Virus record (IMG/VR): IMGVR_UViG_3300011969_000080
Length of the DNA: 64,000 nucleotides
Source: an uncultured virus (IMG/VR IMGVR_UViG_3300011969_000080)
Taxonomy: Duplodnaviria; Heunggongvirae; Uroviricota; Caudoviricetes
Direction: 5' to 3' (one strand)
How positions within the stretch are numbered: position 1 is the first letter of the stretch; each line of letters begins with the position of its first letter. Shown here piece after piece: positions 8,745-18,076 of the stretch. Both the position numbers and the translations under genes were made by a program. The notes beneath the pieces are model-generated. The model worked only from the letters and a program-made list of their open reading frames with translations. It made no database searches and was not told the DNA's origin.

Positions 8745-9584
8745 ATGAAGTCCTACCTCGCCGCGGGCGCCCTGCTGGTCACGGCCGTGCTGCTGTCCGC
8801 CTGCGGCCCCGCCGCCCCGCCGACGCAGACGGCACCGCTCGCCGCCACACCCGCCGCGTCCCCCGCCGCCCCGCCAGCGCGGGTGTTCAGTGGCCCCTCC
8901 CGGAAAGAGAACGCAGACCTGCACCCGACCACGGTCAGGGTGACCACCGCGGGCTGTGCCACCCTCGCTGCGGCCACACCGTCAAGTGCGGACCGCCTGC
9001 CCGCCTTCACCCTGACGTCATGGAGCGGCGGGTTCCTTGGTGTCTGGGACCCAAAGAGCGCCACACTCTCATCCTCGGTCGGGGACATTCTCTCGTACGC
9101 CTTTGCCGCGCCCCGTGACACGCACAACGGGGAGTACCAGATCAGCGGGTACCTGACCACCCGCATCGAGGGCGTGCTAACGGGCAACATCCAGCAGGGT
9201 GTGGTCGCAAGCTGGCCGGTGTGCGCGGGGCGTCCCAAAGCTGCCGCGCGGGGCTTCGCGTACGGGGGCTGGATCTACCACGACCCCATCGACCCCAACG
9301 TTGTACAGGCGGCACAGCCCGCCCTGTCCACCGCGGGCTGTGCCACCAGGACAACTAACCCCAGGCTCAGCACGCCGCCTACGTTCACCATCACCCAGGC
9401 CGGGACCGTCGTCGCCACCTGGGACGCCAGGAAGGGTGAGCTCCGCGGCCCTGTCGGGGGCATCACCGCCTACGACTTCGCCCTATCCTTTGCCCCCGAC
9501 GGCAGGGCGCACGTCGCGGGCCACATCGTCCGCCCAGACACCGAGCCCCAGCCGTTCACCGGCACCTGGCCCGTCTGCCCCTGA
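8745..9584 (+). CDS. Putative lipoprotein with a duplicated novel domain
   Basis: LLSAC lipobox; paralog of 7166; CACAGT-N7-ATG. Confidence 0.75.
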   Translation: MKSYLAAGALLVTAVLLSACGPAAPPTQTAPLAATPAASPAAPPARVFSGPSRKENADLHPTTVRVTTAGCATLAAATPSSADRLPAFTLTSWSGGFLGVWDPKSATLSSSVGDILSYAFAAPRDTHNGEYQISGYLTTRIEGVLTGNIQQGVVASWPVCAGRPKAAARGFAYGGWIYHDPIDPNVVQAAQPALSTAGCATRTTNPRLSTPPTFTITQAGTVVATWDARKGELRGPVGGITAYDFALSFAPDGRAHVAGHIVRPDTEPQPFTGTWPVCP

Positions 9585-9656
9585 CCGACGCCGCCACTCC
9601 CCGACGGCGGTATAGCCCCCATTGGGCCGACCCCGTGCCCACCCACAGTTCAGGGC

Positions 9657-11459
9657 ATGGCATCTGCGACGCGAACTCACTACGAGGTGCTCGGCGTGCT
9701 CCGCAACGCCGACGCCAAAGCCATCAAGGCCGCCCACAACAAGCTCGCTCACAAACTGCACCCCGACTACAGCGGGTCCGACACGCTGTACGGGATGGTC
9801 GGCGAAGCGTACGAGGTGCTGAGCGACCCGTACAAGCGCGCCGAGTACGACCGCCACCTCGCGGCCGGCGGTGACAGCGCGGCGGAGGCCAAGGCCGCCG
9901 CGAAGGCTGCGGCGGAGCTGCGGCGGGCCCGAGAGGCGACCGCGCGCGCGGAGGCGGCCATGCACCAAGCACGGGCCGCGGCGGCGGAAGCAGCCGCGCG
10001 CCAGGCGCAGACCCAGGGCCGGTCCACCCCCGAGACAGGGGGCGCCCACGCGGACGAGCTGGCGCAGTACGCAGAGCTCCTGCACCGGGGGGACCTCAAC
10101 CGGGATCAGGCCCGCCGTGCCGAAAAGGAGCGCGAGACCTCCCGCCAGGAATGGTTCGACCGCCGCCGCGACCGCCGGCTCGCGGTCGCACACGCCCCCG
10201 CAAACGCGGTCCGCGCCGTCCGCCGGATGCGCCACCCGCTGCGCTGGTGCGCACTCACCGTAGTCGCGCTGCTCGTGGCCGGCGTTGGCGCCGAGTGGGG
10301 TCCCACCCTGTACAACAACGTTCGGTGCCCTGTCGCCGGGGCGGCGGCCACCCCCGCCGCCGCCGGTCACCCCTCCGCCGACAAGCTCCTGGCCTTCACT
10401 AAGGCCCAGGCCTGCCTGGGCAGGTCGTACGTCGTCGGCGAACTCTCCGCGCCCCACTCAGGCAGCACGGGGTTCCCGGGCGTGGTCGACAAGGAACACC
10501 CGGCCCCCATCTACTGGCCGGGCGAGCCCCGCGGCACCTTTGTGGGCCTGGCTGCACCCTCAGGGCAGCGGGTGGCGGTCGAGGGCGTCAGGGGGTACGC
10601 ACCCGCCGACACACCCGCCGGTCAGACCCCCGCCGCCTTTTCAGAGCGCGTGATCATCGTGGAGGTCAGCGGTGCGTGCAGCTACATCGACGCCAAGGGG
10701 CCGTCCGTCGTACCGCTGAAACCCTGCCCCGCCGCGTGGACGGAACCACCGCCCGAACCGCCCACCGCCCGCCAGTTCAGCGGCCCCTCCGAGAAGCCCA
10801 ACGAAAACCTGGCCCCGAACACGGCCCTCAAACTCGTCCCCCGCGGCTGTGTCACCCCCGCAGCGGCCACACCGTCCAGTGCAGATCGCCTACCCGCGTT
10901 CACCCTGACGACCTGGGCCGGCGTTACCCTGGCATCCTGGGACCCGAAGGGCGCCGCGTTGACTGCGGCCGTCGGCGACATCCTCACGTACGAGATCGTG
11001 GTCCCGCAGCTGGCCCGTGGGAACGCCGGCCAGTACTACATCGACGGCACGCTCACCACCCGCTACCAGATCCTCGGCAACGACGCCACCCTCTCCTGGA
11101 AGGGCCAGGCGCCGGTGTGCGCGGGGCCGCCCAAGGCTGCCCCCCGCGGCTTCGCGGCAGACCACTGGGTCAACCACAACCCAGTTGCCCCCGCCAACGT
11201 GAACGCGGCATCGACCCTGTCCACCGCGGGCTGCGTCACGCGGCCAAAGAACCCCAAGCTCAGCACGTTGCCCGCCTTCACCGTCACCCAGGCAGGGACC
11301 GTAGTCGCCACCTGGGATGCCAAGACGGGCGTACTCCGCGGCCCTGTCGGGAGCGTCGGCTCCTACGACTTCGACCTGTTCTTCACCGCCGATGGGCGGG
11401 CCCACGTCTCGGGGGACATCGGCGTCACGGCGTCAGGCTCCTGGCCCATCTGCCACTGA
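9657..11459 (+). CDS. J-domain protein with TM segment and extracytoplasmic duplicated domain
   Basis: THYEVLGV...LHPD...AYEVLSDPYKRAEYD; TM segment; C-terminal half homologous to 7166 and 8745. Confidence 0.85.
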   Translation: MASATRTHYEVLGVLRNADAKAIKAAHNKLAHKLHPDYSGSDTLYGMVGEAYEVLSDPYKRAEYDRHLAAGGDSAAEAKAAAKAAAELRRAREATARAEAAMHQARAAAAEAAARQAQTQGRSTPETGGAHADELAQYAELLHRGDLNRDQARRAEKERETSRQEWFDRRRDRRLAVAHAPANAVRAVRRMRHPLRWCALTVVALLVAGVGAEWGPTLYNNVRCPVAGAAATPAAAGHPSADKLLAFTKAQACLGRSYVVGELSAPHSGSTGFPGVVDKEHPAPIYWPGEPRGTFVGLAAPSGQRVAVEGVRGYAPADTPAGQTPAAFSERVIIVEVSGACSYIDAKGPSVVPLKPCPAAWTEPPPEPPTARQFSGPSEKPNENLAPNTALKLVPRGCVTPAAATPSSADRLPAFTLTTWAGVTLASWDPKGAALTAAVGDILTYEIVVPQLARGNAGQYYIDGTLTTRYQILGNDATLSWKGQAPVCAGPPKAAPRGFAADHWVNHNPVAPANVNAASTLSTAGCVTRPKNPKLSTLPAFTVTQAGTVVATWDAKTGVLRGPVGSVGSYDFDLFFTADGRAHVSGDIGVTASGSWPICH

Positions 11460-11526
11460 CCAGCGGCCCGAAAGAAAAAGCCGGCCACCCCCTTGTGATC
11501 TCCACCGGGCGCGCAAGGTCTGCAGC

Positions 11527-11790
11527 ATGAAAACACCCACCCCCGCCCCCAGCCGCGTAGCACAGCCCTCTGCCCCGCGTGTCGCCGCAGTCCTGGTAGC
11601 CCTGATCGCCGTCTACGTCGTGGCGCTGTTCGTGACGAGCCCGTACGAGACAAGCCAGCCGGCCACCGCCGCGGCCGTCACACAAGCCTCCCTCACCACC
11701 GGCTCGGACACGTTCAGCTACCAGCTCGTGGACACGTTCACCTACCGCATCGTGGACCACCGCTCGCGGCTCCAGCGCGTCATCGGCTGA
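11527..11790 (+). CDS. Small membrane hypothetical protein
   Basis: CAAGGT-N7-ATG; one TM segment. Confidence 0.55.
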   Translation: MKTPTPAPSRVAQPSAPRVAAVLVALIAVYVVALFVTSPYETSQPATAAAVTQASLTTGSDTFSYQLVDTFTYRIVDHRSRLQRVIG

Positions 11791-11938
11791 ACGCCACTCA
11801 CCACCCCCGGGGTAGTCGCGCTCAACTCGGCGGGGTACCCGAGTACGCGCGCGGGTGGCCCAGAGGTTGTGCTGGGGGACGTCGCGCCAAGGGTCACTAG
11901 TAGCGGGAACACGCCCGCCGGCACCCCGGAGAACCCCC

Positions 11939-12622
11939 ATGGACTACGACGACATCAAACGTTACATGCCGCTGCTGCACGCCGTCGCCGCTGAGATGGG
12001 TCCGACGTGGGCCGCGGTACTAGAAGTCGACCGCTACAGGGACAGTGTGCTGCTCACGGACGGAAAACTGTCGATGGACGTGAGTACGGACGACCACCGC
12101 CACCAGTTCCCCGCCGATGCACCCCTGGGCCGCCTCGCACTCCACGGAGACGCCCCCAACGCGGACCCGGAGCTGGGTGGCTACACCCGTCACAAGCACG
12201 ACTACCCCCGGACCACTGTCGCCGGCACGCGCACACCCAGGGCTATCGCCGCGCAGCTGCAGCGCATCATGGTGGCCGTCATGATCGAGCGGGAGGCCGA
12301 GTTTGCCGCGGCCCGGGTCCGGGCCGACGCGGACCTGGTGAAGCTGACAACGATACTTACCGCCCTGGCGCCCTGGGGTGCGGACGTTCAGGCGGGCCTC
12401 TCCGCCCTGCGGACCGGCAGCAACCACACGTATGTTATGCCCGTCAACCTTGCCCACACCGGGTCGGGCTACCGGAAACTGACGCTGCGCCGTGACGGCA
12501 CAGCCGACCTGTCCCTGGACTACCTCGAGCCCCACCAGCTGCTCGGGGCACTGAACGGCACGGACGGGGAGCACATCGCCACCGTTCTGGCCGCGCTGAA
12601 CAGCCTGCCGCAGGCCACGTGA
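11939..12622 (+). CDS. Hypothetical protein
   Basis: GGAG RBS; coding-like composition. Confidence 0.6.
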   Translation: MDYDDIKRYMPLLHAVAAEMGPTWAAVLEVDRYRDSVLLTDGKLSMDVSTDDHRHQFPADAPLGRLALHGDAPNADPELGGYTRHKHDYPRTTVAGTRTPRAIAAQLQRIMVAVMIEREAEFAAARVRADADLVKLTTILTALAPWGADVQAGLSALRTGSNHTYVMPVNLAHTGSGYRKLTLRRDGTADLSLDYLEPHQLLGALNGTDGEHIATVLAALNSLPQAT

Positions 12623-12693
12623 GTGGTGGGCACCCCGCGCCAACGGTTTGCGATGTCGAGGCACGTCCGCTACTACCCGGGAGGAGAGACGCC

Positions 12694-13200
12694 ATGGCCG
12701 CCAGGGAGCTCGCGCCGCTGACCCAGAGCAACCACCGGGCGCTGGGGGCAGCTCTCCGCCGCAGGATGCAACGCGACGGAGTGCGCGCCCAGGTCGGGGT
12801 AAGGTCGCCGACCGTAAACGCGTGGCGGATTTGCCACGGGCTGGTGGGGGTGTGGTGCGATGACCCCGCGTCAGGGGTGGCAGCTTGGCTGCACGCCAAC
12901 GTGGCCGCCGAGGTGCTGTGCCTGATCCGCGTTGAGGGGTGCGTCCCTGATTTGCTCAAAGGGTTCCGCGGGTGTGGAACCCTAGGGCACTACCTGGATT
13001 GTGCCTTCTCCACCGGCGACTGCTCCGTTCGCCTCCCGGCGCCGAAACCCGACGACGACTGGGCCTACCGGCGCGGCACCCTAGACCCTGGGCTTGCCGA
13101 CGCTGTGGAGGTTGCCACCCCGGGCCTTGTCGGCAGCGGCTGTCCGCCAGGCGAGATCCCCGCTGTGGCCGCGGCGCTGGTGGCCGCCCCAACCTGCTGA
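12694..13200 (+). CDS. Hypothetical protein
   Basis: GGAGGAG RBS upstream of ATG. Confidence 0.5.
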   Translation: MAARELAPLTQSNHRALGAALRRRMQRDGVRAQVGVRSPTVNAWRICHGLVGVWCDDPASGVAAWLHANVAAEVLCLIRVEGCVPDLLKGFRGCGTLGHYLDCAFSTGDCSVRLPAPKPDDDWAYRRGTLDPGLADAVEVATPGLVGSGCPPGEIPAVAAALVAAPTC

Positions 13201-13260
13201 ACCGGGTACCAGGCGCCCGAGCTCCCTGGCCGCCCGGATGCGGCCCCCACAGTGCTACGC

Positions 13261-13683
13261 ATGAGCATCAACGAGAACGCCCCCGACACCGCCCCACCCC
13301 TTTGCACGCACCCCTCGAGCGTGGGCCGGGGCAACTGCACCCTGCACGGCGCGCGCCACACACCCCCCGGCGAGCAGTCGCGGATGCGGCACCTCGCGAC
13401 TGTGCTCAGCCTTTCCGCGGTAGGGGCGCTGCTCGCCGTCTTCTGTGACCCCAGCACACTGCTCATCCTGGCCATCCCGCTGATCCTGATCGGGGCCGGG
13501 TACGTCTTCCTGCTGCCCGTCGCCGCGATGCCGTTCATGGGCTTCGTGCGGGCCTGCAAGGTTCATCAGACGCCGTTCGGCCTGCACTGGATGCAGGTCT
13601 GCGGGTGGGCCGTACAGGCTGGCGCCCTCCTCGCGTACGTCGCGCTCCTCAGCGGGGTCATCCGCCTGCTCGGTTGGCGCTGA
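13261..13683 (+). CDS. Membrane protein with a short N-terminal Cys/His motif
   Basis: CCCACAGT-N7-ATG; CTHPSSVGRGNCTLH resembles family A fingers; 3 TM segments. Confidence 0.65.
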   Translation: MSINENAPDTAPPLCTHPSSVGRGNCTLHGARHTPPGEQSRMRHLATVLSLSAVGALLAVFCDPSTLLILAIPLILIGAGYVFLLPVAAMPFMGFVRACKVHQTPFGLHWMQVCGWAVQAGALLAYVALLSGVIRLLGWR

Positions 13684-13836
13684 CGCGGTCCTGCCGCAGC
13701 GGCCACCAGCCTGTTTCCTGAGCTGGCGCACGCGGGCCCGGGGCATGGTGGGCGCCCTTGACACGACGCGGAGGGCCTGGACAAATACTCCTCCGGCCCA
13801 CCGCAGGAACGGCTCGCGGCCCCCACGGTGACGCCC

Positions 13837-14406
13837 ATGAGCACCGACAAGAGCACCCAAGCCACCGCCCCCGGCGTGTGCCCCCTGAGCGCAAACAAAC
13901 CGACACGAGGCTCACTCCTCGCCCGGCGCATCGCGCTCGTGGTGGCCCTGCTCGTCGGCCCGGGGCTCGTCGTGACAGCCGCGCCGGCGCAGGCGTACAC
14001 CCCCAGCGCCGCCACGACCGCGGCGTTCGAGGCCCGGGTGATCTACCAGATCAACGTCCAACGGACGAAGTACGGACGCGCCAGGCTTGCGGCGTCGTCG
14101 GTGACCTCCACGTCATCCAGGGTGGCCTGCCCCGACCGGTATGCCGAGAAATGGGCCGCCTACCTGGCGCGCTACGGGTACTTCTACCACCAGTCGATGT
14201 ACCCGATCCTTCGCGGCTGCTCGGCGTCGCGCGCGGCCGAGAACCTGGCGCGTGGCTACACCACCGCCGACCGCACGGTGCTCGCCTGGATGGCTTCGCC
14301 GTTGCACCGTGCAAACGTCCTGGACCCCAAGCTGAACCGGGTCGGCGTCGCCGCGGTCTACGCCCGCGGCCAGTGGACCGTCGCCGCGGACTTCACCCAC
14401 TCATAG
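13837..14406 (+). CDS. Secreted CAP/SCP-domain protein
   Basis: AAENLA...WMASPLHRANVLDP...VGV; signal peptide ending AQA. Confidence 0.88.
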   Translation: MSTDKSTQATAPGVCPLSANKPTRGSLLARRIALVVALLVGPGLVVTAAPAQAYTPSAATTAAFEARVIYQINVQRTKYGRARLAASSVTSTSSRVACPDRYAEKWAAYLARYGYFYHQSMYPILRGCSASRAAENLARGYTTADRTVLAWMASPLHRANVLDPKLNRVGVAAVYARGQWTVAADFTHS

Positions 14407-14588
14407 CATCAAACAGCTCGGTGGGCAGAGCCACGGGCCCGAGCCGGCCCACCCGCGCATGCGGCACGCGCCGTCGTGGGAGTTACGTCGTCTGTCCCCG
14501 GTGCCCCACACCGGATCTCCACAGGCTCCCGCCAAAATAGTCGACCGGCCCGGTGTGTTGTCGGCTTCCGGCCCCCACAGTAGGGCTC

Positions 14589-14752
14589 ACGGCGGAACCT
14601 CCGCCTAAGGTTCAGCACCACAGACAGCCGAAACAATCCGGGCTTGCGGCATCCCTCACGGGAGCACCCGCCCACCACCACAGTCCTGTGGTACAGACGG
14701 CGACCAGTGCTGGTACCCGAAAAGCCCGCGACTCCAACAGCCGCGGGCTTTC
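14589..14752 (+). ncRNA. Candidate structured ncRNA
   Basis: Begins 7 nt after CCCACAGT with no start codon; several hairpins; ends in AAAGCCCGCG...CGCGGGCTTT. Confidence 0.5.
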
Positions 14753-14819
14753 GCGCGTCTCCTGCAGGGACGCCAACCGCGGTGTGGCCCGGACGCGTGT
14801 GCCACCCACAGTTGCTCAC

Positions 14820-15500
14820 ATGCTGAGCCTCCGAATCGAGATGTGTGGCGCGCCCACCCTGACCGGACCCGCCTGCACCCGCCCCATCGCCCTTCCTCCG
14901 GGGAGAGCCAACGAGGGCTGCCACGACCACCGCGGCTGGCGGCTGCACCACACCGCCACGCCGCCCACGCCCACTGCGTGGGCCCACAACGCGCCGCACA
15001 TGCAGCCCGCGTGCAGCTACGTCGACGCGGCGGCCGCCCGGAAGCTCTACCTGGGCAGGTTGCGGAGCAGATACCCCCTCACGGAGGAGGACTTTGATGC
15101 GATGGTGCTACGCAGCTGCGGTCGCTGTGAGGCGTGCGGCCTCGCTACCCCGAAGCTGTTTGTGGACCACTGCCACACCACGGAGGGCGTGCGTGGCCTG
15201 CTGTGTCTCCCCTGCAACTTCGCACTGGGGAGGTGCCACGACGATCGGGACTGCCTACTGGCGCAGGAGCCAGTCCGCGGTCCCGGCCTGGCTGACTACC
15301 TCGCCACCCACCCTCCGACCATCTACAAGGGTGCGGCCCCACTGCCAGGGCCGCGCCGCGCTGTGCCCATCCCCCGCGAGAAGGTCGTGAAGAGGGCACC
15401 GGATCGTGGAAAGGCCGTGAAGAGAACCGGGGCCCGCAGGAACGTCGTGACCGTGACGGGGGTCAGGCTGACCGCCCCGATAGGTGTCCGGCGCCCGTAG
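14820..15500 (+). CDS. Endonuclease VII-domain protein with a family A-type N-terminal Zn finger
   Basis: CEAC...LFVDHCHTTEGVRGLLCLPCNFALG; CCCACAGT-N7-ATG. Confidence 0.85.
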   Translation: MLSLRIEMCGAPTLTGPACTRPIALPPGRANEGCHDHRGWRLHHTATPPTPTAWAHNAPHMQPACSYVDAAAARKLYLGRLRSRYPLTEEDFDAMVLRSCGRCEACGLATPKLFVDHCHTTEGVRGLLCLPCNFALGRCHDDRDCLLAQEPVRGPGLADYLATHPPTIYKGAAPLPGPRRAVPIPREKVVKRAPDRGKAVKRTGARRNVVTVTGVRLTAPIGVRRP

Positions 15501-15987
15501 CGGGTCCCCACCCGGGCCGCCGCACCTGTGGGCCCACCCGCGCGGGTAGTGCCCCCGGACGTCCCGGCAGGCCCCCAAAACCGCCTGGTGCGGCCCGCCC
15601 TTGGTTTTTGGGGAGCACCCCAGTGTGTCGACACCCCCCGGGGGAGCACCCGCAGCCCGCGGACCAGGCAAAACACCCGAACCCCACCCACGCTTGCCCG
15701 ACCTAACTGACCGGGCGGGAGAAGCTCGAACAATCCAAGTGGATCACACCCACCTCGGTGACCCCCACCATCCAAAGGACAGCCCAGCATCCGCGGCCTG
15801 CTCACACCCCCATCTCAGACAGCCCCGCCTAAATCGCCCACCCAAACAACCAACTACACACCAGTCTCCGCAACCCAAACACCAGCCGCTGGGTAGACAA
15901 TCCATGCGGCGCAGCCCAGCCGGGCTTGCGCTGGGAGGCGCCGCGCCCAGGGTTCCGTGTACGCCCACCACCCCGGAGTCCAACGCC

Positions 15988-16377
15988 ATGGCCCTAACCC
16001 CCCTCGCCCCAGAGCCGCGTCCCCGCGCGTCCCGGTACGTGCCGCGCCCGCCTGCGCCGGCAAAGACCGTGCTGCGGCCCACGCGGTTGAAGGCGACGCC
16101 GCCGACCCCATCCCCAACCCCGCCCTCCGCGGCACGGGCGGGCGCCCCCACCCGGAAGCACAGGCGCCGCGCCGACCACGTGCCCAGCTGGTCTCTGCCG
16201 GCCGACTGGCACGTGCCCGCCACGCCGCTGCCGCTGCCGACGCCGACCGCACCCCACCAGCCGTCACCCGTCTCCGCTGCGCTGGGGGCTCCCCCGCACC
16301 AGCCGCGTGGCCTGGGGCCCCGCACGGTCCGCCCCAACCTTCGGGTGCGCGCCACGCGGCCCGGCGAGGACGCGTAG
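15988..16377 (+). CDS. Pro/Arg-rich hypothetical protein
   Basis: GGAG RBS and promoter TTGCGC-N16-CAGGGT (15926-15953); low complexity. Confidence 0.4.
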   Translation: MALTPLAPEPRPRASRYVPRPPAPAKTVLRPTRLKATPPTPSPTPPSAARAGAPTRKHRRRADHVPSWSLPADWHVPATPLPLPTPTAPHQPSPVSAALGAPPHQPRGLGPRTVRPNLRVRATRPGEDA

Positions 16378-16459
16378 CTCCCACTTTCCCAGCGCCTCTT
16401 GTGCCCGCCGCAGTGGCGCACACAGTACGGATCACGACCTACCTAGGAGCAAGCCCGCC

Positions 16460-17188
16460 ATGTCCGTTGCCTACCGCATTGACACCCTGCCCGGTGTCAC
16501 CGTCCTGCCCGGAACCACCGGTGCTGGCCTTGCGGCGGCGCGGGACTTGCACCAGTTCGCCTGGGAGGGCGTGCTGACCGTGGGGCCCGACTTCTCGTTG
16601 CTGGGTGCAGTGGGCGCGGGCGGCGACGCCGTAGCCACGCTCATGCTGCCGGGGGTGCTGCCGGCCGGGTTCGCCGAGGCGCTAGTCCGTGATGGTGCGG
16701 CTGTTGCTGGCGCCTGCCGAGACTTCCACCTTCCGGTCAGGCTTGGCGCGCAGCCCACGCAGCGGGCGCCTCGTTCGGCTGAGGCGGCTGCGGCGTGGCG
16801 GGACTACCCGGTCCTGGTCTTGGACGGCTGGGACGACATGGTGATGGACGAGGCGCGGTTCGTGGCACTGGTTGCTGCGCCCACCACCGGGCTCACTGAC
16901 TGCCAGCACCTGTACCTGACGGCGGACGTGCCCGTGGACGTGCCCGTGGACGTGCCGGTGGCTGAGCTGGGCGGCGAACTGCCTGAGGTCGGCCAGGTGG
17001 CGGTCACCGCGCCTGGTGTCGTCGCGGCGGGCGAGACGCTCGTTGCGCTGCTTGACCTGGCTGGGGATGTGCTGGCCACATACCCGGTGGGCCCGGGCGG
17101 CTGGGCGGAGCTCCTACGCTGCGGCGGGCACCTGCTTGTGGACGCCCGCGGGCGGCTTGAGCTGCTCGGCCCGCGCACCGCCGTCTGA
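16460..17188 (+). CDS. Hypothetical protein
   Basis: AGGAG RBS; promoter TTGTGC-N16-CACAGT at 16399-16426. Confidence 0.65.
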   Translation: MSVAYRIDTLPGVTVLPGTTGAGLAAARDLHQFAWEGVLTVGPDFSLLGAVGAGGDAVATLMLPGVLPAGFAEALVRDGAAVAGACRDFHLPVRLGAQPTQRAPRSAEAAAAWRDYPVLVLDGWDDMVMDEARFVALVAAPTTGLTDCQHLYLTADVPVDVPVDVPVAELGGELPEVGQVAVTAPGVVAAGETLVALLDLAGDVLATYPVGPGGWAELLRCGGHLLVDARGRLELLGPRTAV

Positions 17189-17211
17189 CCCCACCCCTGT
17201 GGTGCCCGTAC

Positions 17212-17369
17212 GGCAACACGTGTGTGTTTGGGCAGGACAACTTGCGGCGAATAACCCCAGTGGCGGTCCAGCAAAGCAGCTGAGGACACGGGGCTCCTTC
17301 GTATCAGCTAGATACGGTTACGCACATCCGGCTGGGGCAGATGTCCTGCCCAAACGCACACGTGTTGCC
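17212..17369. repeat. 28-bp inverted repeat enclosing a structured 102-bp core
   Basis: 17212-17239 versus 17342-17369, 27/28 complementary. Confidence 0.85.
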
Positions 17370-17497
17370 ACAGTGGTTTTGGTGCTACACCACCCGCCGT
17401 ACCCCCGCCCTTCTGGGCCGCCGACACGCCCAAGCCCCCCGGCCTGTGGGCCGGGCCCCTGGTTGCGGCCCGCCTGGCGGCGCCCACGGTCCCGGGT

Positions 17498-17950
17498 ATG
17501 CAGAACCCACCACTGATCTTTACCGCTGAGCAGGCCGCTGACCACGACGTGATCACCCGCGGCGTTACCCGTAGCGCACTCGTCTCCCTGGCCCTGGTGC
17601 TGGTCGCCACCGCGGGCTTCGCACATCTTCTCCTGTCTCACATCCCCTTCGGTGTCAACGCCCTGGTCCCGTTGGCGGTGCTGCAGCTCGCCATGTGGGG
17701 CCTCGGGAACTACCCGACGGGTGCCCCCGAGGCCCTCATTGGGGCCCGCGGCGTGCGCGTGCGGGTGGCTGCCATTCGGGCCACGCGCACAGATCGTCGG
17801 GCTGTGCTGCGCACCCAGACTGGCGAGGAGGTCCCGTTGGCCTTCCACAGCCCGGGCGAGCCGGTCACGGTGGGCACCACCGGGACGTTGTACCGCGCCG
17901 GGAAGTACGCGGCGCTGGTGACCAGCGCCGGCACGCACTGGGCGCGGTAG
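17498..17950 (+). CDS. Membrane hypothetical protein
   Basis: TTGCGG-N16-CACGGT-N7-ATG; 2 TM segments. Confidence 0.65.
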   Translation: MQNPPLIFTAEQAADHDVITRGVTRSALVSLALVLVATAGFAHLLLSHIPFGVNALVPLAVLQLAMWGLGNYPTGAPEALIGARGVRVRVAAIRATRTDRRAVLRTQTGEEVPLAFHSPGEPVTVGTTGTLYRAGKYAALVTSAGTHWAR

Positions 17951-18076
17951 CCCCGACCATAAATAGACCAACTGGCCTGTGGGCCGTCGCCCAGACTTTA
18001 GTCGACGGGTGCAGACTTTAGTCCGCTGCTGGCACCCGGTCTGTGGGCGGCGGGCGTAGCGCCCACAGTGTCAGGC

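Noticed and set aside
16925..16960. 12-bp tandem repeat x3 (DVPV)
   Set aside because: In-frame slippage repeat within a CDS; nothing suggests special function
17280..17340. Hammerhead ribozyme (CTGAGGA)
   Set aside because: No correctly placed GAAA or stem II follows
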